Assembly: GCA_002269645.1 (NCBI GenBank)
Contig: NIVC01001474.1
Coordinates: 165,807 to 229,806, forward strand
Source: Macrostomum lignano
Lineage: Eukaryota
Reading direction: 5' to 3'
Length of the DNA: 64,000 bases
The notes under the pieces were generated by a model. The model was not told the origin of the DNA and ran no database searches. It was given only the letters and a program-made list of their open reading frames with translations. Position 1 is the stretch's first letter. Each line of letters starts with the position of its first letter. The position numbers and the translations under genes were made by a program. Below are positions 1 through 17,738 of this stretch, one piece after another.

Positions 1-47
1 ATCTGTGATACTGTATTTTCTAGAGTTTATTTCTAGACAAACAATAT

Positions 48-222
48 GACACAATAGACAATATCGACACAACAGACAATCTCCTGACACAACAGACAAT
101 CTCCTGACACAACAGACAATTCCTGACACAACAGACAATCTCCTGACACAAAGACAATCTCCTGACACAACAGACATCCCTGACAACAGACAATCTCTCT
201 GACACAACAGACAATCTCCACT
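48..222. repeat. 22-bp minisatellite in an AMPK intron
   Basis: Unit acaacagacaatctcctgacac, about 8 copies. Confidence 0.9.
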
Positions 223-270
223 CCAAGGTTGTCTACAAGGCCACCCCTGACACAGGAAAACACAGCAAAC

Positions 271-4363
<4,093 letters not shown>

Positions 4364-5519
4364 TCTAACTATCCAGTTTGGATGGGTTGGACATTTCTTG
4401 GGCATGTATGCTCTAGGTCAACTATGACTAACAAGTCTATCTTGGTTAAGAAAACCATGTTAATAGATTTTATATCAAACAAACAATTCTTTATTAATAT
4501 AACTTTACCAAACATCAAAGTCAAAAATCAATATTTTATCAACTTTTGTCCAAAACATTAGAAAACATTAGAGGTCAATATATTGTACTAGTTCCAAAAG
4601 CTAGAAGAATTTATAGGCTAAGGTAAAGAAGCTATATGAGCAGTACCAGAAGGTGATTAATATTAAGGGACATTATGTTATATAATAGCTTGTTTAACTA
4701 TAATTGCAAGCTCTTTTATATTTATATCTATGATATTCATATTACTCATGATACACAATATAATATTAAGTTTAAATAAGCTTTTTTGGCTTTTAAAAAT
4801 AATTTATAATAAAACATTTATTTATAAAAATAAAAGATTTAGAAAAAGTCAAACAACTTAACTCAAGACTAAGTTAAAAACTCAAATAAGCTAGGCTTAA
4901 TTAGAATATAAATTTAAATCAGTCAATTAGCAAAACTTTACAAAATATGCAGCAGGTAAAAAAGAAAAAAATGATATAAATGTAAGCATATTTTTTAATT
5001 TTCTAGATTGACATATTGGTGTATGCAACACTAAAATAAAAAATATATCCTACTAAATACTTAATCTTGGTCTCACGACTCTCACACTCTTACTCTTACT
5101 CTCACGCTTTTTAGGTTATGTGGACTAATTTGAAATCTTAAGCATTCAGTAAAGTGTATAGCAGGATTCGATTAATTATTCTATAATAATAATAATATAA
5201 TATAGAACAAGTTCATTACGAAATAAAACAGAAAATTAAAACTTTAATCATGCCCTTAGGTTCTTAGAAGTGTATTTATCTTATTACTTATTAATTATTA
5301 AACGTATAGAAAAATAGTAAGGTTTACTATTTTACACTTGGTACCAGGGTAGCGTCACAACTTTAGTGTAAAGGTTGTAGTTTCTTTGTTTAAGCGCAGC
5401 GATAACTAAGTATAGTAACAATTTTCAAATTGCAGACGAGGCAATTGTCGAGGTAAGGATCGAACCGTGAGCCGTTTCTATAAATGACTGTCGGAAGGCA
5501 CCAAAATTGCGCGTCGAAT

Positions 5520-5527
5520 TATAAAAG
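5520..5527 (+). promoter_or_regulatory. TATA box candidate for NECAB
   Basis: TATAAAAG about 45 nt upstream of the NECAB ATG, next to a CpG-rich patch; NECAB is divergent from the AMPK gene. Confidence 0.4.
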
Positions 5528-5571
5528 AGAAGTTTTCTTTCTTTCGTAAGCTACTTTCGGTCGACCATATT

Positions 5572-6178
5572 ATGTCTGCCGATAAAGATTGTCAAACAAA
5601 ATCAGAAGTCGATTTGTGTATCTTCAAAGATATTTTTCGCCGGGCAGATAAAAACGGTAAATTCAACATTTCGCTCAGTTGTGATTATAAGTTTAAGCAT
5701 CGAGTTTTATGTTTTAGGCAGGTTTTAAGTCTGAGTTTAAGCACCGACGCGCGATTTTGAATTGCAGACGATGGAGCAATTTCCTGGACTGAGTTTGTGT
5801 CATACTTTTCTGATGGGATCGTAACCGACGATGGAATGCGCAACCTGTTCAATGAAATCGATTCTCATAACACAAAGTGAGTAAAAACTAAGTATAGCCT
5901 TATGGCTACGTGTTACATGTACATATATGGTGTATTTATTTTAAGTTGGAGGCTAAATGCCACCTTCTCGAAAAAAATTATAGCTAGGCACAGTAAAAGG
6001 CGAGAAATGCGATCTAAATTCGAAAGATTATGTCGATCTAAGAGCCTCAGACTATATAAATTGCTTATAAAACATTAAAAACCTATTTAGGATTCTTCTA
6101 AAGCTTGAAACCGGCATTTCTGTAGAAGAGGCTCGCATTCCACGATCAATTTAAGCCCCAGAATTTCTGACCACTTGA

Positions 6179-6252
<74 letters not shown>

Positions 6253-9200
6253 TAGAGAGAGAGAGTGAGAGAGAATTAATTCCCCGCGGGGGATTTGACA
6301 CAAAACTTCTCTTGAAATCGAAGCCTAGGAAACTGATCGCCTGAAACCACAAAAAGTGCAATTTTGCCAGAGTCTGCTTCTCGGGCGGCTGCTTCAGTGC
6401 GATAAAATAAAAATGATGATTATTGAATTCTCTGCCACCCATTTCATCCATTTAATTGCATTTTTACGATATCGATCCAGAGTCCAACGCTCCGGGTTTT
6501 GCTTCGCAGCTGCCTTCTTAATTCCGGAAAATAGCAATTTAAATCTAAACAGTCTGTGTCCATATGTGTCATAGGCCCCCATCTGTAAATTGGCGCCCTC
6601 ATCTGTGGCGCCCCATCCATCCATAAGTGGCGCCCTCATTCATTAATAACTGTGGCGCCCCATCCATAACTGTGGCGCCCCTATCCATCCATAACTGTGG
6701 CGCCCCTATCCATCCATAACTGTGGCGCCCCTATCCATCCATAACTGTGGCGCCCCTATCCATCCATCACTGTGGCGCCCCATCCATCACTGTGGCGCCC
6801 CCATCCATACGCTCGTAACTGTGGCGCCCCTATCCATCCATCACTGTGGCGCCCCATCCATCACTGTGGCGCTCCCATCCATAGCTGTGGCGCCCCCATC
6901 CATACGCTCGTAACTGTGGCGCCCCTATCCATCCATCACTGTGGCGCCCCATCCATCACTGTGGCGCCCCATCCATCACTGTGGCGCTCCCATCCATAGC
7001 TGTGGCGCCCCTATCCATCCATAACTGTGGTGCCCCCATCCAGAACTGTGGCGCCCCCATCTATCACTGTGGCGCCCCCACCCATCCATAGCTGCAGCGC
7101 CCCTATCCATCCATAACTGTGGTGCCCCCATCCATCCAGAACTGTGGCGCCCCCATCCATCCAGAACTGTGGCGCCCCCACCCATCATAGCTGCGGCGCC
7201 CCTATCAGAAGAACTGTAGCGCCCCAATCCATTTCTGAATTCAGAGCCTTCGTCAAGACACAAATTATAAACCTAAAGTCACCCGGCTAACGGAGCAATT
7301 AATAACAGTAAAAAAATCACACATAAATATTTCAGTCGCTAGAGAAACCATCCCCAGTCACTGCTCAGTCAAGCGCGAACCTCCCAAACTAACTGGATTT
7401 TTTATAATTCCTTCATTACCCAACTCTCACCCAAAGCTCCCAAGCAAATGCATTTACTAATAATAATAATAGTAGTAGACTCTAACGATATGACTGCAGG
7501 AGAAAGTGCAGATCAAGGAGGGAGAGATACAAGAGCCAGAGCTCAGCATCTGGGATCATCATCAGTAGCACGTTCTCCTATCATCAGCCTCTTCCCCATG
7601 CGGCCCACCGGATCAAGTGTGACAGCTCCCAATTAGGGGAGAGAATGGGTTCGGTTGGTTCCCCGTAATCCCAATCTGCACCGGGTAGGCTGTTCTCCTT
7701 CCCTCTTGGTTGAGCACTGGTTCCCAGTTCCTGTCTTTTATTTGGCATCTTCAACAATAATGGAGATTTACCTGACCATTTTCTGTTGAATTCGCAGCAA
7801 CTGAGCTGAAACTTATGGTTATGGATATGAAACTAAGGGAGTTAGAGTTCAGGCTCCTGGGGTGAAGCGTTACACCGCTGAAGCAACCCTGAGGTCTCTG
7901 AAGCGACCTTGAAGGCAATTATGGTAAACCTGACAACAATGAAGCGACCCCGAGGTCACGGAAGAAAAATTGTAATCAGGGAAATCCTGAAGCCTTATAA
8001 GCAACAATGAGGCCTTTAGAGTGACCCCGAAGTCATTAAGGCGACCCTGAAGGTCATAAAAGCGACACTGAAGTTATAAGGGCGACCCTAAGGTCATAAA
8101 GGCGATCCTGAGGTCATAAGGGCGACCCTAAGGTCATAAAGGCGACCCTGAGGTCATAAAGACGACCCTGAGGTTATAAAGGCGACCCTGATGTCATAAA
8201 AACGACCCTGAGGTCATGAAGGCGACCCTGAGGTCATGAAGGCGACCCTGATGTCATAAAGGCGACCCTGAGGTCATAAAGGCGATCCTGAGGTTCAAAA
8301 GACGCTATGCGATCATAAAAGTGACCCCTGAGGTCATAAAGACGACCTTGAGGTCATAAAGGCGACCTTGAAGTCATAAAGACGACCCTGAGGTCATAAA
8401 GACGACCCTGAAGTCATAAAGGCAACCCTGAGTTCATAAAGGCGACCCTGAAGTCATAAAGGCAACCCTGAGGTCATAAAGGCGACCCTGAGGTCATAAA
8501 GGCGACCCTGAGGTCATAAAGGCGACCCTGAGGTCATAAAGACGACCCTGAGGTCATAAAGTGCGACACTGAGGTCATAAAGGAGACCCTGGGGTCATAA
8601 AGGCGACCCTGAGGTCATTAGGATGCCTCAACTTTCCGCCGCAGCAACATCGACACGCACGAGCTGTGCATCTACTTCACGGAGAGACTGGGCAGTCACG
8701 AGCCGGTGTTCGAATCGGCGGGGTCGCTCTGCCGGGCCGTGTCGGCCTCCGTCAAGTCGCTGGCCGAGACCCACGCCAGGAAGCCGCCCGCGGCGCAGTT
8801 TGTTGACCGGTTTCTGCTGCGCGAGATGTGCGCCCATCTGGAGGCTCAGCTGCAGGTTGGTAGTCTATTGCTTGATAGTCCATGGCTGACATGATTTGAT
8901 AGTCCATGACTGACAAGATTTGATAGTCCATGGCTGACATGATTTGATAGTCCATGGCTGAGATGATTTGATAGTCCATGGCTGACATGATTTGATAGTC
9001 CATGGCTGAGATGATTTAATGGTCCATGGCTGAGATGACTTGATAGTCCATGGCTGACATGATTTGATAGTCCATGGCTGAGATGACTTGATAGTCTATG
9101 ACTGACATGATTTGATAGTCCATGGCTGAGATGACTTGATAGTCCATGACTGACATGATTTGATAGTCCATGGCTGAGATGATTTGATAGTCCATGGCTG

Positions 9201-12200
9201 ACATGATTTGATAGTCCATGGCTGAGATGATTTGATAGTCCATGGCTGACATGATTTGATAGTCCATGACTGACATGATTTGATAGTCCATGGCTGAGAT
9301 GATTTGATAGTCCATGGCTGACATGATTTGATAGTCCATGGCTGACATGATTTGATAGTCCATGGCTGACATGATTTGATAGTCCATGGCTGACATGATT
9401 TGATAGTCCATGGCTGAGATGATTTGATAGTCCATGGCTGAGATGATTTAATGGTCCATGGCTGAGATGACTTGATAGTCCATGGCTGACATGATTTGAT
9501 AGTCCATGGCTGAGATGACTTGATAGTCCATGACTGACATGATTTGATAGTCCATGACTGACAATATTTGATAGTCCATGGCTTAGATGACCCTAACCGA
9601 CCCTCCCAGGTGTTGCGCAACGCTCATGAGAGTCTGTGCCGACGTGCCCGCGAGTCCGCTTCATCAGCCGCGGGGCAGTCAACCATGCCAGACGGTGGCC
9701 CAGCCGCCTCCTCCGTGATGATGCCGCCAACGCCGCAGTCGCCGCCACCACCACCACCGAGGCCGCCACCACCGGCCGGGTCAGAGCATCAGCAGCATCA
9801 GCATCATCAGCAGCATCAGCAGCATCAAAATCAAGTAAACAAGCACCATCAGTCTCCGTCTCGAAGTCAGGAGCCGCTGAAATCGCGTTCGCAGCAGCAG
9901 CAGCAGCAGCAGCAGGCGCCGAGAATCATGGACGGCAGCGTGGACTCGGGTCCCGGAGACCTGGACCTGGACGGCTGCCTGCACTGGGAGGTGGCGCGGC
10001 TGCAGCGGCTGCTGGACCGGCTGGAAAGTCGGACAGCTCTGGTCACCGGCCGGACACGAATTGAGGAGGCTGTACTGGATGAGGATGAAGCCATGGTGAG
10101 GCCCAGAAACGAGGTGTACATACAGGCTGCTCATACAGGGTGTAGTCGTTGTAGAGTCAGACCGCTGATCTTCTACGTACTTTGGTCTTTGACCAAGGTA
10201 TCGAGAAAGACGTACAGGTGTAACGTGAGAAGCAGCAGGTGCTGGGGGCGATCTGCTGCATCATCCCCCAGTCTGCTCAAATCGATCGAGTCTGCTGAAG
10301 CAGCGGCTCACATCCTTTGAGCCAATACAGGGGACATGAGGGAAATATTTCCCAATCATCTCTTTCCCATTTATTCCCTTGCAACCTGTGCGGGGCACAG
10401 TGCCGGGTCACAGACACGGGTATTTAATAATCATATATGCGACATCAAAGCTGCAGAGTGGATTTGCAGCAGGGAGTGCAGGGTGGCTGCTGGCAAAGCG
10501 CCCGGACTGCAATGGAAAACATTGGGGATCGTAGGTGATGGGGGGTGCAGAAAAGTGCGCCTCTTGAACCTCCATTGCGCGCGCGCTCTCCCTCTGTCCC
10601 TCTCTCTCTCTGCATCTAGCTGGGTTGAAAAATTCTAACCCAGCGTTGCCTCAGTCTCCCTTGTGCATTTTCACTGGTGTGACTGTGCTTGTGTGTGTGA
10701 GTTCAGCTAGCATGAGCAGTGCATGCGGGGCCGCAAGCAGAGGACTAAGCTCAGAGAAAATTGAGGAATAAATCTCCCATGAGGCTGGTTAGAGGGAGCA
10801 TGGGGATTTGAGATTGTGCTAAAAGAAGAATGTGACGCCTCAGTGAATGGTTTCCCTTCTTTTGCAGTAATCCCGTTAGCTCAAATGGCTCAAGCTCAAA
10901 AAGGTTCTCTCCTACATGTTTTAGATCGCCGAATAGCAAATGGGAATTAAGTCAGTCAGTCAGTCAGTCAGTCAGTCAGTCAGTCAGTCAGTCAGTCAGT
11001 CAGTCAGTCAGTCAGTCAGTCAGTCAGTCAGTCAGTCAGTCAGTCAGTCAGTCAGTCAGTCAGTCAGTCAGTCAGTCAGTCAGTCAGTCAGTCAGTCAGT
11101 CAGTCAGTCAGTCAGTCAGTCAGTCAGTCAGTCAGTCAGTCAGTCAGTCAGTCAGTCAGTCAGTCAGTCAGTCAGTCAGTCAGTCAGTCAGTCAGTCAGT
11201 CAGTCAGTCAGTCAGTCAGTCAGTCAGTCAGTCAGTCAGTCAGTCAGTCAGTCAGTCAGTCAGTCAGTCAGTCAGTCAGTCAGTCAGTCAGTCAGTCAGT
11301 CAGTCAGTCAGTCAGTCAGTCAGTCAGTCAGTCAGTCAGTCAGTCAGTCAGTCAGTCAGTCAGTCAGTCAGTCAGTCAGTCAGTCAGTCAGTCAGTCAGT
11401 CAGTCAGTCAGTCAGTCAGTCAGTCAGTCAGTCAGTCAGTCAGTCAGTCAGTCAGTCAGTCAGTCAGTCAGTCAGTCAGTCAGTCAGTCAGTCAGTCAGT
11501 CAGTCAGTCAGTCAGTCAGTCAGTCAGTCAGTCAGTCAGTCAGTCAGTCAGTCAGTCAGTCAGTCAGTCAGTCAGTCAGTCAGTCAGTCAGTCAGTCAGT
11601 CAGTCAGTCAGTCAGTCAGTCAGTCAGTCAGTCAGTCAGTCAGTCAGTCAGTCAGTCAGTCAGTCAGTCAGTCAGTCAGTCAGTCAGTCAGTCAGTCAGT
11701 CAGTCAGTCAGTCAGTCAGTCAGTCAGTCAGTCAGTCAGTCAGTCAGTCAGTCAGTCAGTCAGTCAGTCAGTCAGTCAGTCAGTCAGTCAGTCAGTCAGT
11801 CAGTCAGTCAGTCAGTCAGTCAGTCAGTCAGTCAGTCAGTCAGTCAGTCAGTCAGTCAGTCAGTCAGTCAGTCAGTCAACTCTCTCCAGCGTGTCCTCTC
11901 CCTCATCACACCCCCTGACTTCATTCGCTTTTGAGCCCAGAAGAAAATTGGACTGCCGCTACACTAATTAGCGCCAGAGGAGAGGCATACAGCCAGCATG
12001 GATTCCTACCGCCAGCTTTGAGCATTTCGGCTTTTTTCTCAACTCGTCGAGTCGATGATGAGGGAGCGCGTTAGACAGAACTCTAAGTGTAGCTGGGAAG
12101 GGACTTTTAGGGGACTAATGATGGGGGACTTTAGAGCATACACAGTCGCTAGTTTTGCAAGCGATAATGCATGGTCAAAGAGGAACTTTTCAACCACAGC

Positions 12201-15200
12201 AGGCGTACACGTGTACGCCTTTCCACATCTCAGAGGGCAGAGCACATTTGCAAATCATTCAATTCACTTTCCTCTCACTTAACCTGCTGTAAAATTCACA
12301 GCTGCATTTCCGCGCACTTGTCCTCACCTCAGCCTCCCCCCCCTTTCATCGCAGATCCTCATCGTGCGCCGCCGGCTGGCAGTCCAGGAAGAGCAGCTGG
12401 CCTCATTTCTGTCCGCCGTGAGGAAGTACTCGAGCCAGCTTGAAGGCGTCACATCCTGCCTCTTGTAAGTCGCGCGTGTGGACGCTTCGTTTGACCTGCC
12501 ATGCCCGCATGTGCATGTATCTGTGTTCTCATCTCCGTGTTCTCCCTCCTCCTTCATCTGCCAGCTCTCATTCTCTCTTCCCCTAATCCCCTTCATCCGG
12601 GTTGTCGATACAATTGAACAAGAAAAACAAGAGCCTATCTGCTACATGTAGCTTGTAATTTTTGTGTCGAGGGGCTTTTTTGGAGGGTAGAGGGGGTAGG
12701 AAGGGAGAGAGCGGACACGAAATCTTGAGCTTAAGATGAGCACTGCAATTTCTACTGCATGCATGCATTCACCGGGGTTGAAATGTGAGTCAGTTGATTA
12801 ATGCAGACTAGTCCTGTGCCGTATTGTGCTTACATGTATGCATGCTTTGACAGAAGGGACACATTAGGTAATAAATAAAAGAGTTATTGTACATTACATT
12901 ACGTACTTCAGTAGATAAAGGTTTTAGAAGCGAGTTTTCGGTGGGCTATGAGGTAGATAGCTTGAGTTTTCAGTGGAGTGTGAGGTAGATAGCTTGAGTT
13001 TGCAGTGGAGTGTGAGGTAAATAGCTTAAGTTTGCAGTGGAGTGTGAGGTAGATAGCTTGAGTTTGCAGTGAGTTGTGGGGTAGATAGCTTGAGTTTGCA
13101 GTGGAGTGTGAGGTAAATAGCTTAAGTTTGCAGTGGAGTGTGAGGTAGATAGCTTGAGTTTGCAGTGGAGTGTGAGGTAGATAGCTTGAGTTTTCAGTGG
13201 AGTGTGAGGTAGATAGCTTGAGTTTTCAGTGGAGTGTGAGGTAGATAGCTTGAGTTTTCAGTGGAGTGTGAGGTAGATAGCTTGAGTTTGCAGTGGAGTG
13301 TGAGGTAGATAGCTTGAGTTTGCAGTGAGTTGTGGGGTAGATAGCTTGAGTTTGCAGTGGAGTGTGAGGTAGATAGCTTGAGTTTTCAGTGGAGTGTGAG
13401 GTAGATAGCTTGAGTTTGCAGTGGAGTGTGAGGTAAATAGCTTAAGTTTGCAGTGGAGTGTGAGGTAGATAGCTTGAGTTTGCAGTGGAGTGTGAGGTAG
13501 ATAGCTTGAGTTTGCAGTGGAGTGTGAGGTAGATAGCTTGAGTTTGCAGTGGAGTGTGAGGTAGATAGCTTGAGTTTGCAGTGGAGTGTGAGGTAGATAG
13601 CTTGAGTTTGCAGTGGAGTGGGAGGTAGATAGCTTGAGTTTGCAGTGAGTTGTGGGGTAGATAGCTTGAGTTTGCAGTGAGTTGTGAGGTAGATAAATGA
13701 GTTTGCAGTGGGTTTAGGGAGATTGTTCTTGTATTAGGAGTGAGCTATGCAGAAGCAAATTAACGAGGGGCTTATAGCAGATACGGCCTAACAATGCCAG
13801 ATGATATCGCACAGCATCAACCCCCCCCCCCAGCATGATGTATTGATTACTATCCCTGGGCAAAGCTCGCATACGGAGCAGTTGGGATTAATATACAATC
13901 CTGTCAGGATCCTTTATGAAATTTAGTACGCACTGGCACCAAATCTCCCACGTGAACAATAGAAAATCGCAATTACTCATTGACGCGTGCAAAAACATAC
14001 ATTTTATGTATGGTTTTGATGAAGCTTAAGTTAACTGGGTTCTGCATGACAGAGTTTTCATGCATCTTAGGCAGTTATAAGGTGTATCCCCAATCGCTAT
14101 ATAACCTGGATAAACAACATTAGCTATAAGTCAGGTTGGCAGTAGCTAGTCCTGCGCCAGATAACAGGGGCCAACATATTCATATATGCTCGGACTCTTC
14201 AAGACCAGAGTCTCTGGCTAAGCTCTCAGCTTCTGTATTATTCATAGTCTTTTTCTTTGACTTAGCCCTGATGAGGTCGCAGAGAGCCTCCTTGTCTCTG
14301 TCAACAGCCGCCCCTGGAGCCAGAAGTTTATTTGAGTAATTGCCTCAGCCAGGAGGCTCCATTGCTCTCTGTGAAAGAGAGAAACTTGAAATACAGTAGC
14401 CCTATAGCAACCAAAAATAGCACCTAGCCCTGGCAATTATCCCTTTGAAGCAATAAGTATAGCAACTGTAAATAGCCATAGCAACCATAAAATAGCCCTA
14501 GCAACCATAAATATCCCTAGCAACTGTAAATATCCCTTTCATCATTAAACAGTCCTAGCAACTGCAAATACCCTTGAACAACCACAAATGCCCTAGCAAC
14601 TGTAATTATCCCTATCAACCATAAATAGCCCTAGCAACCATAAATATCCGTAGCAATTGTAAATATCCCTATCACCCATAAATATCCCTAGCAACTGTAA
14701 ATACCCTAACAACTACAAATTCCCTAGCAATCATAAATATCCCTAGCAACTACGAATATCCCTAGTAACCGAAAATACCGGTAGCCCTAGCAACTACTCG
14801 TACAAATCCCTAGTAACCGTAATTGGGGAAAATGGAAAACCAGGACCATACGTACTAACCATAATTATCTTTTTACACACAAATCCATCCATCACTCCCC
14901 AACTCAGGCTGAGCATTCGGCAATACCGAGCCACGGGCTCCGTCACCCTCTACGAATTCTGGGAGTCGCTGGGCAGCTGGAGAAAATTTCTGCCCAGCCC
15001 AGTCAGCCGGGACCTTCGCCGAGCTCTGGTGGACTGCACAGATGCGCCCGAGAGCACCGACACCATGCTCATGCCTTGTGAGTAAAAAGTAACAGAGGCA
15101 TACCGTCGTTCTCTTGTGTTCCAGAGGTCCCGGGTTCGATTCCCAGTGTCTCTGAGTTATTGTATTTTCGATTTGAATTCCCGCGGTTCATGATTCCTTG

Positions 15201-16486
15201 AATTCCCCGACGAGATTACCTCGCAATATTCTATTTTCTATGGAAAATTCCCCGAATTCTTCAACGGAATCTCCCCAGATTCTCCGACACGATTCCTCAG
15301 ATTCTCATTAAAAGATTCCCCAGATTCTTATTATAAGATTTACCAGATTCTTATTATAAGATTCCCCGGATTCGTATAAAAGATTCCCCGGATTCTCATA
15401 AAAGATTCCCTGGATTCGCATAAAAGATTCCCCGGATTCTCATAAAAGATTCCCAAGATTCTCAGAAAAGATTCCCTGGATTCCCATAAAAGATTCCCAA
15501 GATTCTCATAAAAGATTCCCCGGATTCTCATAAAAGATTCCCAAGATTCTCATAAAAGATTCTCCGGATTCTTATATAGAAGATTCCCTGGATTCCCATA
15601 AAAGATTCCCAAGATTCTCATAAAAGATTCCCTGGATTCCCATAAAAGATTCCCAAGATTCTTATAAAAGATTCCCCGGATTCTCATAAAAGATTCCCAA
15701 GATTCTCATAAAAGATTCCCTGGATTCTTATAAAAGATTCCCAAGATTCTCATAAAAGATTCCCCGGATTCCTATAAAAGATTCCCAAGATTCTCATAAA
15801 AGATTCTCCGGATTCTCATAAAAGATTCCCCGGATTCTCATAAAAGATTCCCAAGATTCTCAGAAAAGATTCCCTGGATTCCCATAAAAGATTCCCAAGA
15901 TTCTCATAAAAGATTCCTAAGATTCTCATAAAAGATTCCCTGGATTCTCATAAAAGATTCTCCGGATTCTCATAAAAGATTCCCCGGATTCTCATAAAAG
16001 ATTCCCAAGATTCTCATAAAAGATTCCCCGGATTCTCATAAAAGATTCCCAAGATTCTCATAAAAGATTCCCAAGATTCTCATAAAAGATTCCCCGGATT
16101 CTCATAAAAGATTCCCAAGATTCTCATAAAAGATTCCCAAGATTCTCATAAAAGATTCCCCGGATTCTCATAAAAGATTCCCCGGATTCTCATAAAAGAT
16201 TCCCAAGATTCTCATAAAAGATTCCCCGGATTCCCATAAAAGATTCCCAAGATTCCCATAAAAGATTCCCCGGATTCTCATAAAAGATTCCCAAGATTCT
16301 CATAAAAGATTCTCCGGATTCTTATATAGAAGATTCCCCAGATTGTCCTGAATTCGCATATGAATTCGGAATCTGCAGAATTCGCAAAACTACCTGAACA
16401 TTTCCGAAGTAATAAATCACTCAAACATGCACCCCCCTCGCAATGAATAAATTTCAGCGAGCTGGTGGAAGAACATGGATCACTGA
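5572..16486 (+). CDS. NECAB: N-terminal EF-hand calcium-binding protein (NECAB family), 7 exons, ~399 aa
   Basis: Exons 5572-5656, 5768-5876, 8645-8855, 9610-10095, 12355-12464, 14908-15077, 16458-16486; all GT-AG, phases consistent, total 1200 nt. EF-hands DKNDDGAISWTE and DSHNTNNIDTHE, QFVDRFLLRE, coiled coil, C-terminal ABM domain (YEFWESLGSW...PESTDTMLMPSSWW). Confidence 0.9.
6177..6272. repeat. (GA)n microsatellite
   Basis: Seen directly. Confidence 0.95.
6585..7225. repeat. ~20-24-bp minisatellite (NECAB intron 2)
   Basis: Unit ctgtggcgcccc(t)atccatcca(taa). Confidence 0.9.
8020..8618. repeat. 20-bp minisatellite (NECAB intron 2)
   Basis: Unit ggcgaccctgaggtcataaa; degenerate copies extend back to ~7880. 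Confidence 0.92.
8868..9590. repeat. 24-bp minisatellite filling NECAB intron 3
   Basis: Unit gatttgatagtccatggctgacat, about 30 copies. Confidence 0.95.
10951..11878. repeat. Perfect (GTCA)n tetranucleotide array, ~232 units (NECAB intron 4)
   Basis: 928 bp with no visible interruption. Confidence 0.97.
12945..13705. repeat. 32-bp minisatellite (NECAB intron 5)
   Basis: Unit gaggtagatagcttgagtttgcagtggagtgt. Confidence 0.95.
14395..14822. repeat. Degenerate ~20-bp minisatellite with CCCTAGCAAC core (NECAB intron 5)
   Basis: Repeated ccctagcaac/ccatagcaac + cataaatat/tgtaaatat. Confidence 0.85.
15305..16342. repeat. 21-22-bp minisatellite (NECAB intron 6)
   Basis: Unit gattctcataaaagattccc(cg/aa). 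Confidence 0.95.
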
Positions 16487-16904
16487 TGGTATTGACAGCC
16501 AGCTGTTATAAACGGGGACTAACAAAGCCACACGCAGTACCGAACACACAAATTCAATTATAACAGTTTTACACATTGCTTGCTGCACAATGTATTGCCG
16601 AAATTTATAAACAATGTTGAAAGTTTAATTCTTTTATTGCTTCATACATTTAGAAGTTCATAGAAGTCAAATTAGTTAGTTTATTATTAAAATTAAATAA
16701 ACGCTATATTACAACAAATAGATTATAAAAAAGCGTTCGGTGTTGTAAAACACACACAATAATAACTGAATTTCACTGTAATAACTATCTTTATAGTGAG
16801 AATCTCATTTATCAATACCGAATTTGATAATTTATGGAATAAAACGTCTTAACAATTAATCCCTAATTTTGGCCCTCCAAAGATATTATCCGAATATTTC
16901 ATCT

Positions 16905-17645
16905 AGTTTCTCCCTGACTCTCACCCTTCTCTCTCTCCCTTTCGTCTCTCCCTGACTCACACCCTTCTCTCTCTCCCTGACTCTCACCCTTCTATCTCTC
17001 CCTGACTCTAACCCTTTCGTCTCTCCCTGACTCTCACTCTTCCCTACCGACCTGACTCTCACCCTTCTCTCTCTCCCTGACTCTCACCCTTCTCTCTCTC
17101 TCTCCCTGATTCTCACCCTTCTCTCTCTCCCTGACTCTCACCCTTCTCTCTCTCCCTGACTCTCACCCTTCTCTCTCTCCCTGACTCTCACAGGGTCAGT
17201 CTCTCCCTGACTCTCACCCTTCCCTACCGAGCTGACTCTCACCCTTCTCTCTCTCCCTGTCTCTCACCCTTCTCTCTCTCCCTGACTCTCACAGGGTCAG
17301 TCTCTCCCTGACTCTCACCCTTCCCTACCGAGCTGACTCTCACCCTTCTCTCTCTCCCTGTCTCTCACCCTTCTCTCTCTCCCTGATTCTCACCCTTCTC
17401 TCTCCCTGACTCTCACTCTTCTCTCTCTCCCTGACTCTCACCCTTTTCTCTCTCCCTGACTCTCACCCTTCTCTCTCTCCCTGACTCTCGCCCTTTCGTC
17501 TCTCCCTGACTCTCACCCTTCTCTCTCTCCCTGACTCTCACCCTTCTCTCTCTCCCTGACTCTCGCCCTTTCGTCTTTCCATGACTCTCATCCTTCCCTA
17601 CCGATCTGACTCTCACCCGGCCTCTCTCTCTCCCTGACTCTCACT
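16905..17645. repeat. ~25-bp pyrimidine-rich minisatellite between the convergent NECAB and PMVK 3' ends
   Basis: Unit ctccctgactctcacccttctctct. Confidence 0.92.
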
Positions 17646-17738
17646 GGGAGTTATAGAGTTAGAAAGTATATAAAAAAGGAAAAAAAAATGCACCACTATA
17701 GAAAATTCCAAAGACAAGATAAGTCTCCAATCAATGTA

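Noticed and set aside
8752-9620. Repetitive ORFs MDYQIMSA.../WTIKSCQP...
   Set aside because: 24-bp intronic repeat, antisense to NECAB.
10100-10935. Unique, moderately GC-rich intronic sequence (also 11880-12300 and 13710-14390), possible transposon fragments
   Set aside because: No RT, transposase or other motif recognisable in the frames I read; needs a repeat-library search.
10940-11971. 343-aa ORF (SQSV)n
   Set aside because: Translation of the (GTCA)n microsatellite inside NECAB intron 4.
15124-15148. tRNA T-arm/B-box-like gaggtcccgggttcgattccc
   Set aside because: No A box or acceptor-stem pairing visible; at most a tRNA/SINE remnant.
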